A stretch of DNA of 64,000 bases from the NCBI RefSeq assembly GCF_006345805.1, contig NC_043017.1:28210001-28274000 (forward strand), in the 5' to 3' direction. How positions within the stretch are numbered: the first letter of the stretch is position 1; every line of letters starts with the position of its first letter. Of the stretch, positions 1-12,882 are shown piece after piece. The position numbers and the translations under genes are program-made. This DNA comes from Octopus sinensis (lineage: Eukaryota). Under the pieces are notes generated by a model. It saw only the letters and a list, made by a program, of their open reading frames with translations, was not told the DNA's origin and ran no database searches.

Positions 1-500
1 GCAGCGGCTAGCGGTCACGTGAGAACAAAAGACAGGAGAAAGGGACAGATGAAAAGAGAGAGAAGGTGGACGAGGGAGGAGAAGAAAGAGGACAGATCGA
101 GGGACTGGAGAGTGAGAGAGATAGAGAAAGTAGAAGGGGGGGACGGATGGAGAGGAAAGAAAGGAAGGGGAATAAGGGAGGAGAAAGAGACAGATCAAGA
201 GTCGTATCAATGCTAGAGAAAAAATATACTTATCGTATAAGGACAATGTGGATACGTAGCCGCCGATTATATATGTCAACAGTAAAAAATAAATACAGAC
301 ATGGACAAGAGCATGAAACACCAAAGAGACGACACAAGAACCACAGACGGGACATTCGAAGCCCTCAGTCATCAGTCAAGAACCAGATCATCTCGCAAAT
401 TCGGCTGATTAATCTTGAGATTGCTCCGATCTGGGCAGCCCGCCAAGGGAATCTAAGCCAAGCGCATTAGGTCCCCTGGAAGAAAGCTTCGAATGTATAC
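1..500. repeat. Purine-rich low-complexity tract followed by probable interspersed-repeat remnant
   Basis: GA-rich 20-200; ORFs here are compositional (R/E/K/G); family not assignable from sequence alone. Confidence 0.35.
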
Positions 501-595
501 AACACGAATGTATAATACCCTTCAGTTCATTTGGTTTTGTCGATTCAATCATTAAACGACTTTGATTGACATATCTAACTGCTATATGTCTTTAC

Positions 596-1001
596 GGCGC
601 AGGAGTGGCTGTGTGGTTAGTAGCTTGCTTACGAACCACATGGTTCCGGGTTCAGTCCCATTGGCTGGCACCTTGGGCAAGTGTCTTCTATTATAGCCTC
701 GGGCCGACCAAAGATTGTGTGTGGATTTGGTAGACGGAAACTGAAAGAAGCCCGTCTTATATATGTATATATATGTGTATATGTATGTATATATGTTTGT
801 GTGTCTGTGTTTATCCCCCCAACATTGCTTGACAACCAATGCTGGTGTGTTTACGTCCCCGTACCTAGCGGTTCGGTAAAAGTGACCGATAGAATAAATA
901 CTGGGCTTAATAAGTCCTGGGGTCGATTTGCTCGACTAAAAGGCGGTGCTCCAGCATGGCCACAGTGAAATGACTGAAACAAGTAAAAGAGTAAAAGAGA
1001 G
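596..1001 (+). mobile_element. SINE family A, full length (tRNA-derived, CORE-like motif, internal microsatellite)
   Basis: A-box-like gtggctgtgtgg, B-box-like ggttcagtccc, ccttgggcaag motif, internal (TA/TG) tract, tail aagtaaaagagtaaaagag; many near-identical copies in window. Confidence 0.9.
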
Positions 1002-1735
1002 TACTGTGTCATTGGATTTTGTTCTTGTTGTCGTAATAGTATTTTTGATGCAGATTAGCCTCAGAGCAACTCGAAACTCTGAGTGGCAGTTCATTTTAGA
1101 TATGTCTGAGATGTTTTTACAGCTTTAATATCAAAGTATATAATATATATTGCATACATACACAATATCCAGCGTGTATACTCAATAGTCAGTACGTTTT
1201 GTTTGAGGTATATTTAACTGATATTTCTAGTAACTCGTTCCACACAGTAGAGCCTTACTTATTGGCTGATAATATAACTAATTGAAGTAAGAGGTCTTTA
1301 TTTGCTTTCTCATTACTTGAACAAATAATTGGCAATGATTTTAACACAGTATATGATATATTAAGAGTAAATTAAATGTGAACACACTCCTCATAAATTC
1401 ATGTTTATGTTCGCTCAAGTTTTAAGTCTTTGAAACGCATGAATCACTGTTCATTGAAGTTGACATTTTTTACATCTACTTTGCAATATAAATTATCTGA
1501 GAATATTACGGCCACATCATTCATAGCACAGTAATACAGAAGCCAGGAATGTCTGGTTAAAGCACTCGGTCTGCCATTTCTTGGTGCGGTTCGAAATATT
1601 CAACACGTGACGTTGAACTTTCGACAAGTAATTAAGTATTTTCTACGATAGGCGCACACTGGGGGATAGAATATATATTCGCAAGAGAATTTAATTAACA
1701 GAAATGCTACAAAATCTATATGCATGCAAATGGCG

Positions 1736-1835
1736 NNNNNNNNNNNNNNNNNNNNNNNNNNNNNNNNNNNNNNNNNNNNNNNNNNNNNNNNNNNNNNNNN
1801 NNNNNNNNNNNNNNNNNNNNNNNNNNNNNNNNNNN
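1736..1835. other. Assembly gap (100 N)
   Basis: Run of N. Confidence 1.
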
Positions 1836-2709
1836 GAATACAGCTGAAGCTATGATATACTAAATAGATTCAAATATTAGCAACACCCTGTAAATTTGGT
1901 GTTTAATAAAGCTACTGCAGATTGTGTACGTCTGATGTGGATAAATTTGAATGGCTTCAGACGAGAAGGAATTGAGCAGCGTCAGAATTCCAAACTGTCT
2001 GGTTAAACTAAAGTGGCAACGAAGAAATCTCTGAAGACAGGAATATCAAATATGAGGTAGAAGTTGTCGCTTTATAGAATAATAATTACCAAGACAGCGG
2101 AGACAGGGAAATTGAAAGAAAGGGGTTACCAGCATCATAGGATAAAGATAATAATCTGAGAAAACATGAATGCGAGAACATTTTGGCATCATTGTGGACA
2201 AAGAATCTAACAGTGGTGCCTTTTCAAGTAATTTGAAGTTATATATAATTCGAGTTGTAATTAAGCGACTTTAATTATTAATTAATAATTTTATAACTGC
2301 GTTTAACCTTATATATTTTGATTGCTTTAATGGCGTCTTTGATGTAATCATACGCGCTTGTCACGTCACGTTTTATGTATATATCAGCGTTCCGGAATCG
2401 TCTTATTTAATTTATTTTGTGTAAGATATATAAATAGGTTCAATATGGTGACTCGTTTAATCGTTTAATTCCTTTAATAAGGATAGACATTTAAGCTAAT
2501 TTGAAATCCTCCTTTGCTCGTATAATCTTATCTATCAAGCAGTTTTCGATTATAGATTTTGCAACAAAATTTACATGCATCTATATATTACGACCTATTT
2601 GATGAAGAGCACATATAGACGAGTATATTGTGCATATGTGTGTGCACGCACGCTCGTGTATGTGTGTATAAATATATGTGTGGGTGTGTATATATGTAAG
2701 GAGATATAT

Positions 2710-2888
2710 GATTTTTTTCCTCCGTCTTCCCTTCTCTAGATCTTTCCTTTTCCTATGTTTCTAACGAAGAGCTCCGCTCGAAACGTAAAACCCTCCTTCT
2801 TCCCTTCCTTCCTGAGCGTCCAATAATACTATACTTGTTCCACGTCCTCGCGTTGTTGTGTTTTCTCTTTGAGTTTTCATGCTGGATA
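2710..2888 (+). mobile_element. Penelope-like terminal-repeat remnant, family P1
   Basis: Reverse complement of 33284-33498 and 55488-55676; ends in (TA)n; contains hammerhead motif. Confidence 0.7.
2757..2791 (+). ncRNA. Minimal type I hammerhead motif, core mutated (CUAACGA)
   Basis: gttt-CTAACGA-a-gagc tcc gctc-GAAA-c-GTA-aaac; G5 lost so probably inactive. Confidence 0.55.
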
Positions 2889-3390
2889 TATATATATATA
2901 TATATATATGTACTACGTATGTATGAGTATGTACTACGTATGTATGTGTATGTGTGTACCCGTTCCCTTGTGTAACTAAATGTTTACCGGAATAAATCGG
3001 TGTTGTGCCCATGTGTGCCAAAGAGCAGCTTGCGCATTGCAGAGAACAGATCGATATTGTGAATACCACACTTAAATTGCAGAGATCAATACGATCGAGA
3101 AAAACACTTGATGAAGAGGAGTGAAAGATCGGTTACAGGTCTGTGGTTGAAACCGGTAAAAGGAAAATACATAAAAATATTTTGAATGTTTGATGATGTT
3201 GCTGAACTATTGTTATATGTTTCTACTTCACTACTGAAGAAGACCTCTGATCAGACAAGATCCAGGTGTACCCACCCCGTTCGTTTATCTGATATAGCAT
3301 ATAGAGAAAATATTATCAAAGTATTTCAGACTTGCTCAATTCGGAGGGAATTACTTCATGAGTTTTTACGTTTGTCTCACACTTTTAATA

Positions 3391-3805
3391 TAAGCGGCTT
3401 GCTTCGTAATTACATGTTTTGGGGCTTAACCACACTGTGCGGCACCTGCAAGGTGTCTGCTAATATAACCATAGACCAGCCAGTGTCTTGTAAGTGAATT
3501 TGGAACACGTAAATTGAGTGGAAATCTGTGGTGTATATATGTGTTTTAATGTGTGTGTGTTTGTATGCGCGTGTGCGTGCATCTGTGTGCGTGTGTCTGT
3601 GTGCTGTTGTGCTTGTCTACCACCAACATCACCTGACAACTGGTGCTGGTCATTTTATGACTCTGTAACGAAGCGTCGACAAAACTATCGATATAATAAT
3701 AATCAAACTTAAAACCAAATATTGGGGGTTGATTTGTTTGGTCAAAACCTTGCAGGTGGTACAACAACATGACCGCATTCTAGTACCTGAAACAAGCAAA
3801 ATAGG
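3391..3805 (+). mobile_element. SINE family A, old diverged copy
   Basis: Colinear degenerate matches to family A head, internal (TG)n and tail. Confidence 0.7.
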
Positions 3806-3809
3806 AAAT

Positions 3810-4020
3810 TTACTCTTTATGTCTTTTCTTTCTTTCAGTTATTTGACTGCGGCCATGCTAGAGCATCGCCTTTAGTCGAGCAAATCGACTCCAGGCCTTA
3901 TTCTTTGTAAGACTAGTACTTATTCTATCAGTCTCTTTTTTGCCGAACCGCTAAATTACGGGAACGTAAACACAGCAGCAGCATTGGTTGTCAAGTGATG
4001 TTGGAGGGACACACACACAC

Positions 4021-4056
<36 letters not shown>

Positions 4057-4212
4057 GACGGGCTTTTTTCCAGTTCAGTCTACCAAATCCACTCACAAGG
4101 CTTTGGTCGGCCCGAGGCTATAGTAGAAAACGCTTGCCCAAGGTGCCACGCATTGTGACTGAACCCAGAACCATGTGGTTGGTAAGCAAGCTACTTACCA
4201 TACAGCCACTCC
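3810..4212 (-). mobile_element. SINE family A
   Basis: Reverse complement of family A, tail-to-tail with preceding copy. Confidence 0.9.
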
Positions 4213-4689
4213 ATTCATGCTTCATACAACGTTTTAGTCGTTTAGCCGATTTAGTATGTTTTCTACTGATATATATTATCTATATGACTGCGATTAATAC
4301 TCATAATATGTAGATAGCTTGAAGCAAGCATAGACAAAAATACGGACGTATTGAAAAGAAACGTGGATGAATAAATATCTGTACTCAGAATAGAGGTGAA
4401 TATTGGACAGTATAGCGAATGATGTACTTGATTTTGAAGTGAAATACCAACGCATTCAACTGGAAAATCTCTTATTTATTTGGAAACGTCTACAAAGAGG
4501 AGGGTTTCTCAGCGTACGGTATTTGCTCGTAGACAAGAGCGTTAAGGTCCGTAAGGAATTCATAATATCCAGCATATCATTTCAAGCAATAATTTTTTTT
4601 ATTGTAGGAATTTCCACAAAAGATGACTTGGTTCTTTATTGGTTCATTATTCTTGGGTAATGTCTAAGAGCTTCATGGAGAGCAAAATA

Positions 4690-4711
4690 ATACTTACATA
4701 TACATACATAC

Positions 4712-4749
<38 letters not shown>

Positions 4750-5011
4750 TACATACATGCATATAGCAGTCTGTGTGCGTGATTTATTCATTGCCTGTGT
4801 GATTTTATATATGTATATGTATGTATATATATGTTTGTATATATAAGTATGTATGCATATGTATGTATATATATGTATGTATACATATGTATGTATACAT
4901 ATGTATGTATACATATGTATGTATACATATGTATATGTAGTATATGTATGTGTACATATGTATGTATATATATGTATATATATATATTTATGTATGCATA
5001 TGTATGTGTGC

Positions 5012-5057
<46 letters not shown>

Positions 5058-5165
5058 GTATATATATGTATGTATATGTATGTATGTATATGCATGTATG
5101 TATATATATATATATGTAAATATGAATCATGATGTGTAGCAATATAGAGGCTATATATATATGAG
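4690..5165. repeat. Compound (TA)n/(TATG)n microsatellite
   Basis: Direct inspection. Confidence 0.95.
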
Positions 5166-6205
5166 AAGTAAGATATAGGAATATGTCAGTTTGCAGCCTA
5201 TAAAATTTTGTCTCGTCTCTTCACTTAGTATTTTCAAATATATATTCATTCATTGTGCAAGTAGACGAAGCAGGACCACAAAAGGTATACAATAGAAGTA
5301 ACAACAACAACAACAATAGCAATAACAAAACACTATAAACACGGCCGACAACAACAACAACAACAATAAATAAAATAAAGAAAATAACAGAAATATCAAA
5401 TGCAGCAACTATTTGAACAATATATACGCGATATTCTTTAAATTTTCGCATATCAAACACTAATATTCCTATATCCATACACACACATACACACATACAC
5501 ACACACACGTGCATAGAAGCACGCACATACGCACACTCACTCACAAATTCACACATATATATATTTATTTATTTATACACATTCGTACATAAGGCATACG
5601 TACATACATACACAAATGCATACGTACATACATACACAAATACATACGTATATTCTCTCACATAGGCATACGTAGTAGATTCAACCGCCTATTTGTAGTT
5701 CAATATAATAGTTATTTCCATAATGCGGACATAGTATTTTTATAGTTATTTATATTTGTTTCTCTTCATTCTCTTGCTTTCATGAACCAATATTCAGAAC
5801 TAGATTGCTGCTTATGAATTGCCATATTTTACGTTTTATCTCGTAGGTCGATGCTTTAATAATAATAATAAAAATAGTTATAATAGACAAAAGGTGCTTT
5901 CTTTTTATACAGCGAAGGACGAAAGTAGAAGAAAGCTAGGAAATATTATATACTTTAGAAGAAAAATTTAATGTTGGTTAGAGAGAAATATGTTATGAGA
6001 TAATATATTTTGGCCAAAATGATCTTCTAGACCGCTCTTTTCTATCATTATCATCATCATCATCACCATCATCATGATTTGTGGTTCACTGGTCAGAAGT
6101 GAAGTTTAAAATTTTTGGCATATAGTCTAATCCGTGGTAAATCTATATTGAATCCTTAATCTACACACAGCTGATTTGTGTGTGTGTGTATGTATATATA
6201 TATAT

Positions 6206-6540
6206 AGGGCCAGATTGCTAGGTAGTCGGCCGTATGCTAGAAATAGATCATCAACGATCAAACAACAAAGGAAAATCTCTAGAGGAAAAATTCAGCGAAC
6301 ACCAGAACTAAATTTGGCGGGCAGGACAGATGAAAATTTATATAAAAAACAGAATTAAATGCATACCTCGGTTTCGGCCTTTAACAAAAGAATTACTTAC
6401 ATAATTCAAATGTCCGTGGCTTCATCAGTGCATTCGTTCAGTGTAAATGCAATCTAAAAAAAACTAACCCCAGCTTTCTGTGCCAAGACAGACACGTGCT
6501 TAGTTTTACCGATTACATTAGGGATAAAATTTCAAATGTC
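6206..6540 (-). mobile_element. Penelope-like remnant P2 next to (TA)n
   Basis: Begins at a (TA)n tract, shares ctagaaatag motif with 52144 and 55102 elements, holds hammerhead motif; right boundary uncertain. Confidence 0.55.
6358..6434 (-). ncRNA. Type I hammerhead ribozyme motif with intact core
   Basis: Minus strand: aatgca-CTGATGA-a-gcc..gaca..gaattat GTAA gtaattc..tgtt..ggc-c-GAAA-ccgag-GTA-tgcatt; 6-bp stem I, extended stem II capped by GUAA. Confidence 0.8.
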
Positions 6541-6684
6541 TTGCCAATATACACATATATTAGAATTTTCTCTGACTTCTCAGATTTTTTGTATGCTGGA
6601 CTACTGGTTTTAAATTGATATTAAAATTAATATTGATTTATCTCCCTCATTATTTAAATATATATATTATATATATATATATAT

Positions 6685-6729
<45 letters not shown>

Positions 6730-6731
<2 letters not shown>

Positions 6732-6865
6732 GAGTAGCTCTGTGGTAGGTAGTTTGCTTACCAACTACAATGGTTCCGGGTTCAGTCCCACTGGGTGGCA
6801 CCTTGGTCTTCTGCGATAGCCTCGGGCCGAGTGGATTTAGTAGACGGAAACTGAAAGAAGCCCGT
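6730..6865 (+). mobile_element. SINE family A, 5' half only
   Basis: Head to gaagcccgt, then microsatellite 6866-7127. Confidence 0.85.
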
Positions 6866-7127
6866 GGTGTGTGTATACATATATAGATATATATATAAAT
6901 GTATATATATGTATGTATATATATGCATGTATATATATGTATGTATGCATGTATATATATGTATGTATGTATGCTGTATATATATGTATGTATGCATGTA
7001 TATATATGTATGTATATGTATGTATATGTATGTATATGTGTATGTATGTATGTATATATGTATGTATATGTATGTATGTATATGTGTGTATATGTATATA
7101 TATATGTATGTATTTGTATGTATGTAT

Positions 7128-7668
7128 GCTGGACTACTGGTAACATGTAACCCAGTACAACCTCTTGCATGGTCGGTTCGTCGGTGACTAAACCGGCAGC
7201 CCCACCAAGTTTGCTTGGTGAGGAGGGTGTATTGGACACCCTACGGAATGAAAACACACAACCCGTGAAAGGGCGGAGGAACTCTTGAGAGTCAACGGCC
7301 ATCCAATAACTGTCATAAGGCTGTATCATGCACGGAGACATAGAAATAATCGGACTGAATACCCGATCGCGCGGTTAAACCATTGGGAGTTAAGGACACC
7401 TAGCATTTGTTAGGGCATCCTTCTAGGAGAAAGTAACTCAGGTAACTGGGATAACTCCGACATAAAACCTGCGGCTCAGTGGTTACCGATAATGTTGACT
7501 TGTTCTTCTTTTCCGATTATGGCTGCTGTTGCTTAGTGAGTATGATTGACTCAGTGCACAGCCTTTCCTTACTTTAAAAAAAGTCTTCTTGCACAGGCAT
7601 TGCATGATAACAACATTGATTAAGCTTCGTGCAATGGCCATACTCGATAATGAGGGGGCGGCCACCAT
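7128..7668 (+). mobile_element. Higher-GC interspersed element resembling an RTE-clade LINE 5' UTR
   Basis: Bounded by (TATG)n tracts, many hairpins, gggcatccttctaggagaaagtaactc resembles RTE 5' UTR motif (from memory, unverified). Confidence 0.5.
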
Positions 7669-7696
7669 ATATGTATATGTATATATGTGTATACGC

Positions 7697-7875
7697 TTTA
7701 CTCTCTTTACTCTTTTACTTGTTTCAGTCATCGAGCAAATCGACCCCCGGACTTAATCTTTATAAGCCCAGTATTTATTCTATCGGTGTCTTTTGCCGAA
7801 CCGCTAGGTGACGGGGACGTAAACACACCAGCATCGGTTGTCAAACAATGCCAGAGGGACAAACACAGACACACA
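7697..7875 (-). mobile_element. SINE family A, 3' half only
   Basis: Reverse complement of family A tail half with internal deletion. Confidence 0.85.
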
Positions 7876-7876
7876 C

Positions 7877-7924
<48 letters not shown>

Positions 7925-8209
7925 AGTGTGTGTGCGTGCGTGTGCATGTATATATACGTATGTATAGCCTCTGCTCGATGCGTTCGTTCAGCTTGCCTGA
8001 AAACCAAAACCCAACGAGCGCGCACAACGTCTGTATTTTAGTTGGGAACTAATGCAGCCTATCGGCGCGAAAGTTTCACGCAGGTGGAAGAAGCTTGATG
8101 TCAGCTTTCCCTTACGAATTTTGCTCACATGGCATTAGTTTTTCTCTAGACAAAATAAAGTCGGATACGTTTTGAACGCATCCCATACGTGTATAGAAGA
8201 GTATGATAT

Positions 8210-8510
8210 GGGAAGCACTCCGTCGGCTACGACGATGAGGGTTCCAGTTGATCCGAATCAACGGAACAGCCTGCTCGTGAAATTAACGTGTAAGTGGCTG
8301 AGCACTCCACAGACACGTGCACCCTTAACGTAGTTCTCGGGGATATTCAGCGTGACACAGAGAGTGACAAGGCCTGCCCTTTGAAATACAGGTACAACAG
8401 AAACAGGAAGTAAGAGTGAGAGAAAGTTTTGGTGAAAGAGTACAGCAGGGATCACCACCAACCCCTGCTGGAGCCTCGTGGAGCTTTTAGGTGTTTTCGC
8501 TCAATAAACA
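8210..8510 (-). mobile_element. SINE family C with tail C2, 5'-truncated
   Basis: Near identical to 44985-45283; flanked by TSD agtatgatat (8200-8209, 8510-8519). Confidence 0.9.
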
Positions 8511-9604
8511 GTATGATATAATATACATCTATATTCCATTAACTGTAAGCTTAGAGTAAACTCCTCCTACGCGTTCCAATTTATTTCGAAACATTGCGAT
8601 TAGAGACACGACTGACCCATTATTCCTTGTCATCTTATTGAACGTTCCTTTTTATTCGTGTGTATACTCTGCATTTCTGAGAAAATCCATATCGAGAAAC
8701 AGCTCATAGTAACATTAATGATGGAGTCCAAGATGATATCTAATTATCGCCATAGTAACCATTTAGCATGCATATTTACGTACAACTGACAGGGAAATTA
8801 ACGTTACAGAAGATCGAGGATTTAAGAAAATTACGAAGGAAATGTAAGCGACTTGAAGTTTCTACACTTGTATATGATACTTGCTCAACGTTTCACTGTG
8901 CCGTATAACAGCAATTTTCGTTACATGAGATGATTCAGTATCTGAAATCGAGATTTGGCAAGCACTAATAGTGATCCACATTTCAACCACAACATCGCTA
9001 AGGCTTCAAATATAGCGGACATCTAATTGAGTTGCATATATACGCTTCTCCGCAGGAATCTCCGTGTAATGGCTATGTAAATTTCCAACTAGCCAAGTAC
9101 AGATATAAATTCTATAAAAATTCGTAAATATTTTTCTTTTTCAGTGTGTATTCACAGACGACTGTACGATTGTACTTGCGTATATGCATGCGGCTCTGTA
9201 TGATTCTATGTATACATCTATAAAAATAGATCTGTATGCATATATATATATATATATAATTATATGTGTGTGTGTGTGAGGAGGTGTATGTACGGTGTGT
9301 GGCGTGTACGTGAACGTCTGTCTATTCCAGTACGTTCTTCTTTATCAAAGTAATGCACGCGTAATCCGTACGTAGCTATATGAATACATACATATACACG
9401 TGATTTATCTTCCAGGAAGAAAATAAAACATCTACTAGCTTATAATTTGATTACATAGCAGCATTAGTCTATTAAATAATATTGAATCTATTCGTGATAG
9501 CCTGTGCGCTAGATCTAGCATCTTTTTTTATGATACATATATATATATTCACATTAACTATGTATACATATACATACATGCGTGCGTGACTGTCTATACA
9601 GGTG

Positions 9605-9654
<50 letters not shown>

Positions 9655-10095
9655 GTATGTATTTAATATATATATGTATGTATTTATATATATATATTGT
9701 ATTATTTATATATATATATGTATGTATTTTTTATATATATATGTATGTATTTTTATATATATATATATGTATGTATTTTTATATATATATATGTATGTAT
9801 TTATATATATATATGTATGTATTTATATATATATATGTATGTATTTATATATATATATGTATGTATTTTTATATATATATATATGTATGTATGTATTTTT
9901 ATATATATATATGTATGTATTTTTAATATATATATGTATATATATATATGTATGTATGTATATATGTATGTATGTATATATATATTATGTATGTATATAT
10001 ATATATATATATGTATGTATATATATATATATATGTATATATGAATGTATGTATGTATGTATGTATATATATATGTTTGTATGTATATATACTTA
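9605..10095. repeat. Compound (TA)n-tatgtatgtattt microsatellite/minisatellite
   Basis: Direct inspection. Confidence 0.95.
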
Positions 10096-10660
10096 TGTAA
10101 AGAGATAAAGTCTTGGTAATCGGGAAACACAAAGTTATGTTGATGAAGTGAGGAGCCGGTAAAAATAAATGATTGAGAGGGAAATGAAAAACAATTTAGT
10201 ATGTTCTGCTGTACTGGGTTGCGCAAACATCGATCTTTCTGGATAATAGCGGTTTTTTATTAATGTTGCAATATTCAAAATCCGAATATCGGGAAACGAT
10301 GAGTAGGAAACTTCAGCCATAAAGTAAACTCGATATCTATAATATTTGAATCACTTACAAGCGCATAATTTAACAAGCCATCAAGAGATGTTCTGTATAG
10401 ATTGTATGTGTTTTATATACTTTTATATAGACATATTACGTTACGATTTGCACGCTGCGTTGGCCACTGATGCTACGAGATATTGTGTGAAGCTTTGTTT
10501 ATATTTTAAAGAATTGTATAGAGAGATATATTGTATATGATACTTAATATATATTTGGTGTAATAATACAGAGGATATATCTAAACGAAAGTTTTCATAT
10601 TGTCTTTAGTTTCTAAGCGAGAGAGCCACAATATGAAACAGGTTGGGTACGTGTCATCCG

Positions 10661-10732
10661 GGAGCCGACCAAAGCCTTGTTTCTAGATTTGGTGTACGGA
10701 AACCAAAAGAAGCCCAAGAGCTCTTTGTGTGT

Positions 10733-10802
<70 letters not shown>
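10661..10802 (+). mobile_element. SINE family A fragment ending in long (TG)n
   Basis: ccgaccaaagccttgt...gaagccc match, then (TG)n. Confidence 0.65.
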
Positions 10803-10804
<2 letters not shown>

Positions 10805-10904
10805 ATATCTTATCAAAGGGAAATGGAAATTAATTAAAATTTTCATTTCCAGTGGCCTAACGTGTACAAATTTAGTCCAAAGACTATGTATTAGTCATAT
10901 AATA

Positions 10905-11159
10905 CAGTATACATTTAAACATATAAGGAATCCACTCGTGGGATTCAACACGCTAGAAAGAACAGCTAGGTTCTATAACCACAAAATTAGGGATAAAATT
11001 AGACAGGAACGAAATGAAAAGTAAAAATGGTAAAATGTCTATTTTTTCATTTCGTTCCTGTCGAATTTTATCCTTAATTTTATGGTTATAGAACCTAGCT
11101 GTTCTTTCCAGCGTGTTGAATCCCATGAGTGTATTCCCTATGTGTTTGAATGTACCCTG
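10905..11159. mobile_element. Fold-back palindrome (about 115-bp arms), TA-flanked; Penelope-derived or MITE
   Basis: Arms are reverse complements with scattered mismatches; TA|CAG...CTG|TA ends. Confidence 0.85.
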
Positions 11160-11174
11160 TATAATATATATATA

Positions 11175-11465
11175 TCCGCTCAGTCGAAGTCGACTCTCGG
11201 TCACTCGTTGAATCAGTGTCCTCCAGTCTGTTCTATCCTGGGCCGCTTCCTTCAGATTGGCTATGTCCATTCCAATATCACTCTTGATGGTGTCAAGCCA
11301 GCGGGTTCTTGGTCGGCCTCTTCCTCTCTTGCCCCTGACCATTCCGAGCATGATGTCCTTCTCCAGGGATTTTCTCCGCATAATATGACCAAAATATGCC
11401 AATCTATGCTTGGTGATCCTAGCCTCTAGCGACATTTTCGGCCTGATCTGCTTAAGAACTTCTCC
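11175..11465 (-). mobile_element. RTE-clade LINE 3' fragment (ORF C-terminus)
   Basis: RLAYFGHIMRRKSLEKDIMLGMVRGKRGRGRPRTRWLDTI...DRTDWRTLIQRVTESRLRL is the typical RTE/BovB-like C-terminal region. Confidence 0.9.
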
Positions 11466-11623
11466 ATATATATATATATTAAAGATTTTAGTTTATCAGT
11501 AGCATTTGGAATGACTTTATAGAATATTGTTTCTGAACCATTTGTATTTATGGTTGCGTTTGATCCTTACTTTACTCGGATGGACACTCTTGTGATTCAA
11601 TGTTAAAAAAACAACAACCAATA

Positions 11624-12024
11624 GGCGCAAGAGTGGCTGTGTGGTAAGTAGCTTGCTTACCAACCACATGGTTCCGGGTTCAGTCCCACTGCGTGGCACC
11701 TTGGGCAAGTGTCTTCTACTATAGCCTCGGGCCGACCAAAGCCTTGTGAGTGGATTTGGTAGACGGAAACTGAAAGAAGCCCGTCGTATATATGTATATA
11801 TTTATGTGTGTGTATATGTTTGTGTGTCTGTGTTTGTCCCCCCAACATCACTTGACAACCGATGCTGGTGAGTTTACGTCCCCGTCACTTAGCGGTTCGG
11901 CAAAAGAGACCGATATATAAGTACTGGGCTTACAACGAATAAGTCCCGGGGTCGATTTGCTCGACTAAAGGCGGTGCTCCAGCATGGCCACAGTCAAATG
12001 ACTGAAACAAGTAAAAAAAAAAAA
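11624..12024 (+). mobile_element. SINE family A, full length
   Basis: Near-consensus copy. Confidence 0.95.
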
Positions 12025-12882
12025 GATATATTAGGAGTTTTATGAATATAATAGTTTAAATATTTTGTATAGTGTAGTAGTATAACCAGTGTATTTCAGA
12101 TAAATTAAAACAACGAAATCTTATTTGGATCGCCAAGGGCCATATGAACCCTGGTTGGAATCCACACAGGTAGAGGATACTTCAGTGATACGCACCGAAT
12201 GCATTATTTAGGATATAAGTATAACATTTGATTAAAAGATACCCGGTTTGGCGTCCAGTGTTGACTTGTTCAGTGATACGTGATTTCTCAGATTCGATTT
12301 AACAGAGCAGTTAATACGAGGTCATTGATCCTGTAAAAATTGTTACTGTCTATATTCCTCAAGTCACATATCCCTTTCTTTGTAATAGATAAATTGTATA
12401 GATTTCTCCAGAGTAGACATTTGGTCGTAGGTCACCTCGATCACGGCTGACCTGGGGCTAAAAAATTAATTTCAGCAACCCACTAGTTTGCTTATATGTA
12501 GTTATATGATAATGCAGGAACTGAACGATGTTGGGGGAGGAAGCAGGATAAAATTTGTGAATGTTTTATCAACACAGAAAAAGCGTCACCTAGTTCAGCA
12601 GCATTATGTAACATTGAGCTACTTATACCGTTATTTTCTTATTGATAGCCAAACGCATTCCGGCTCGTTCGCGTCACACACATATTAAAGGAAGCCTACA
12701 ATAGATATCTAGTCCCAGACTCAGCAGTGAAATTGAACCCTTACAGATGACCAATTATAGCACTTATGCAGCATACCTATTGGTTTAGATAATCCCTAAA
12801 CTAAACTCCTCATATGATATATATATATATATATTATATATATATATACATACATACATATATATACATATATATACATATA

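Noticed and set aside
345-382. Minus-strand CTGATGA as hammerhead
   Set aside because: Followed by GAAT rather than GAAA, and no stem I or II pairing
582-968. Recurrent ORFs such as GFGRPEAIVEDTCPRCHAVGLNPEPCGW
   Set aside because: Chance open frames of SINE family A repeated with each copy; not a protein family
3104-3165. TTGATGA...GAAACCGGTA hammerhead-like string
   Set aside because: Core C missing and no stem I complementarity; at most a very decayed relic
10953-11435. 160-aa ORF as a host gene
   Set aside because: Chimera of RTE C-terminus and read-through into the fold-back element
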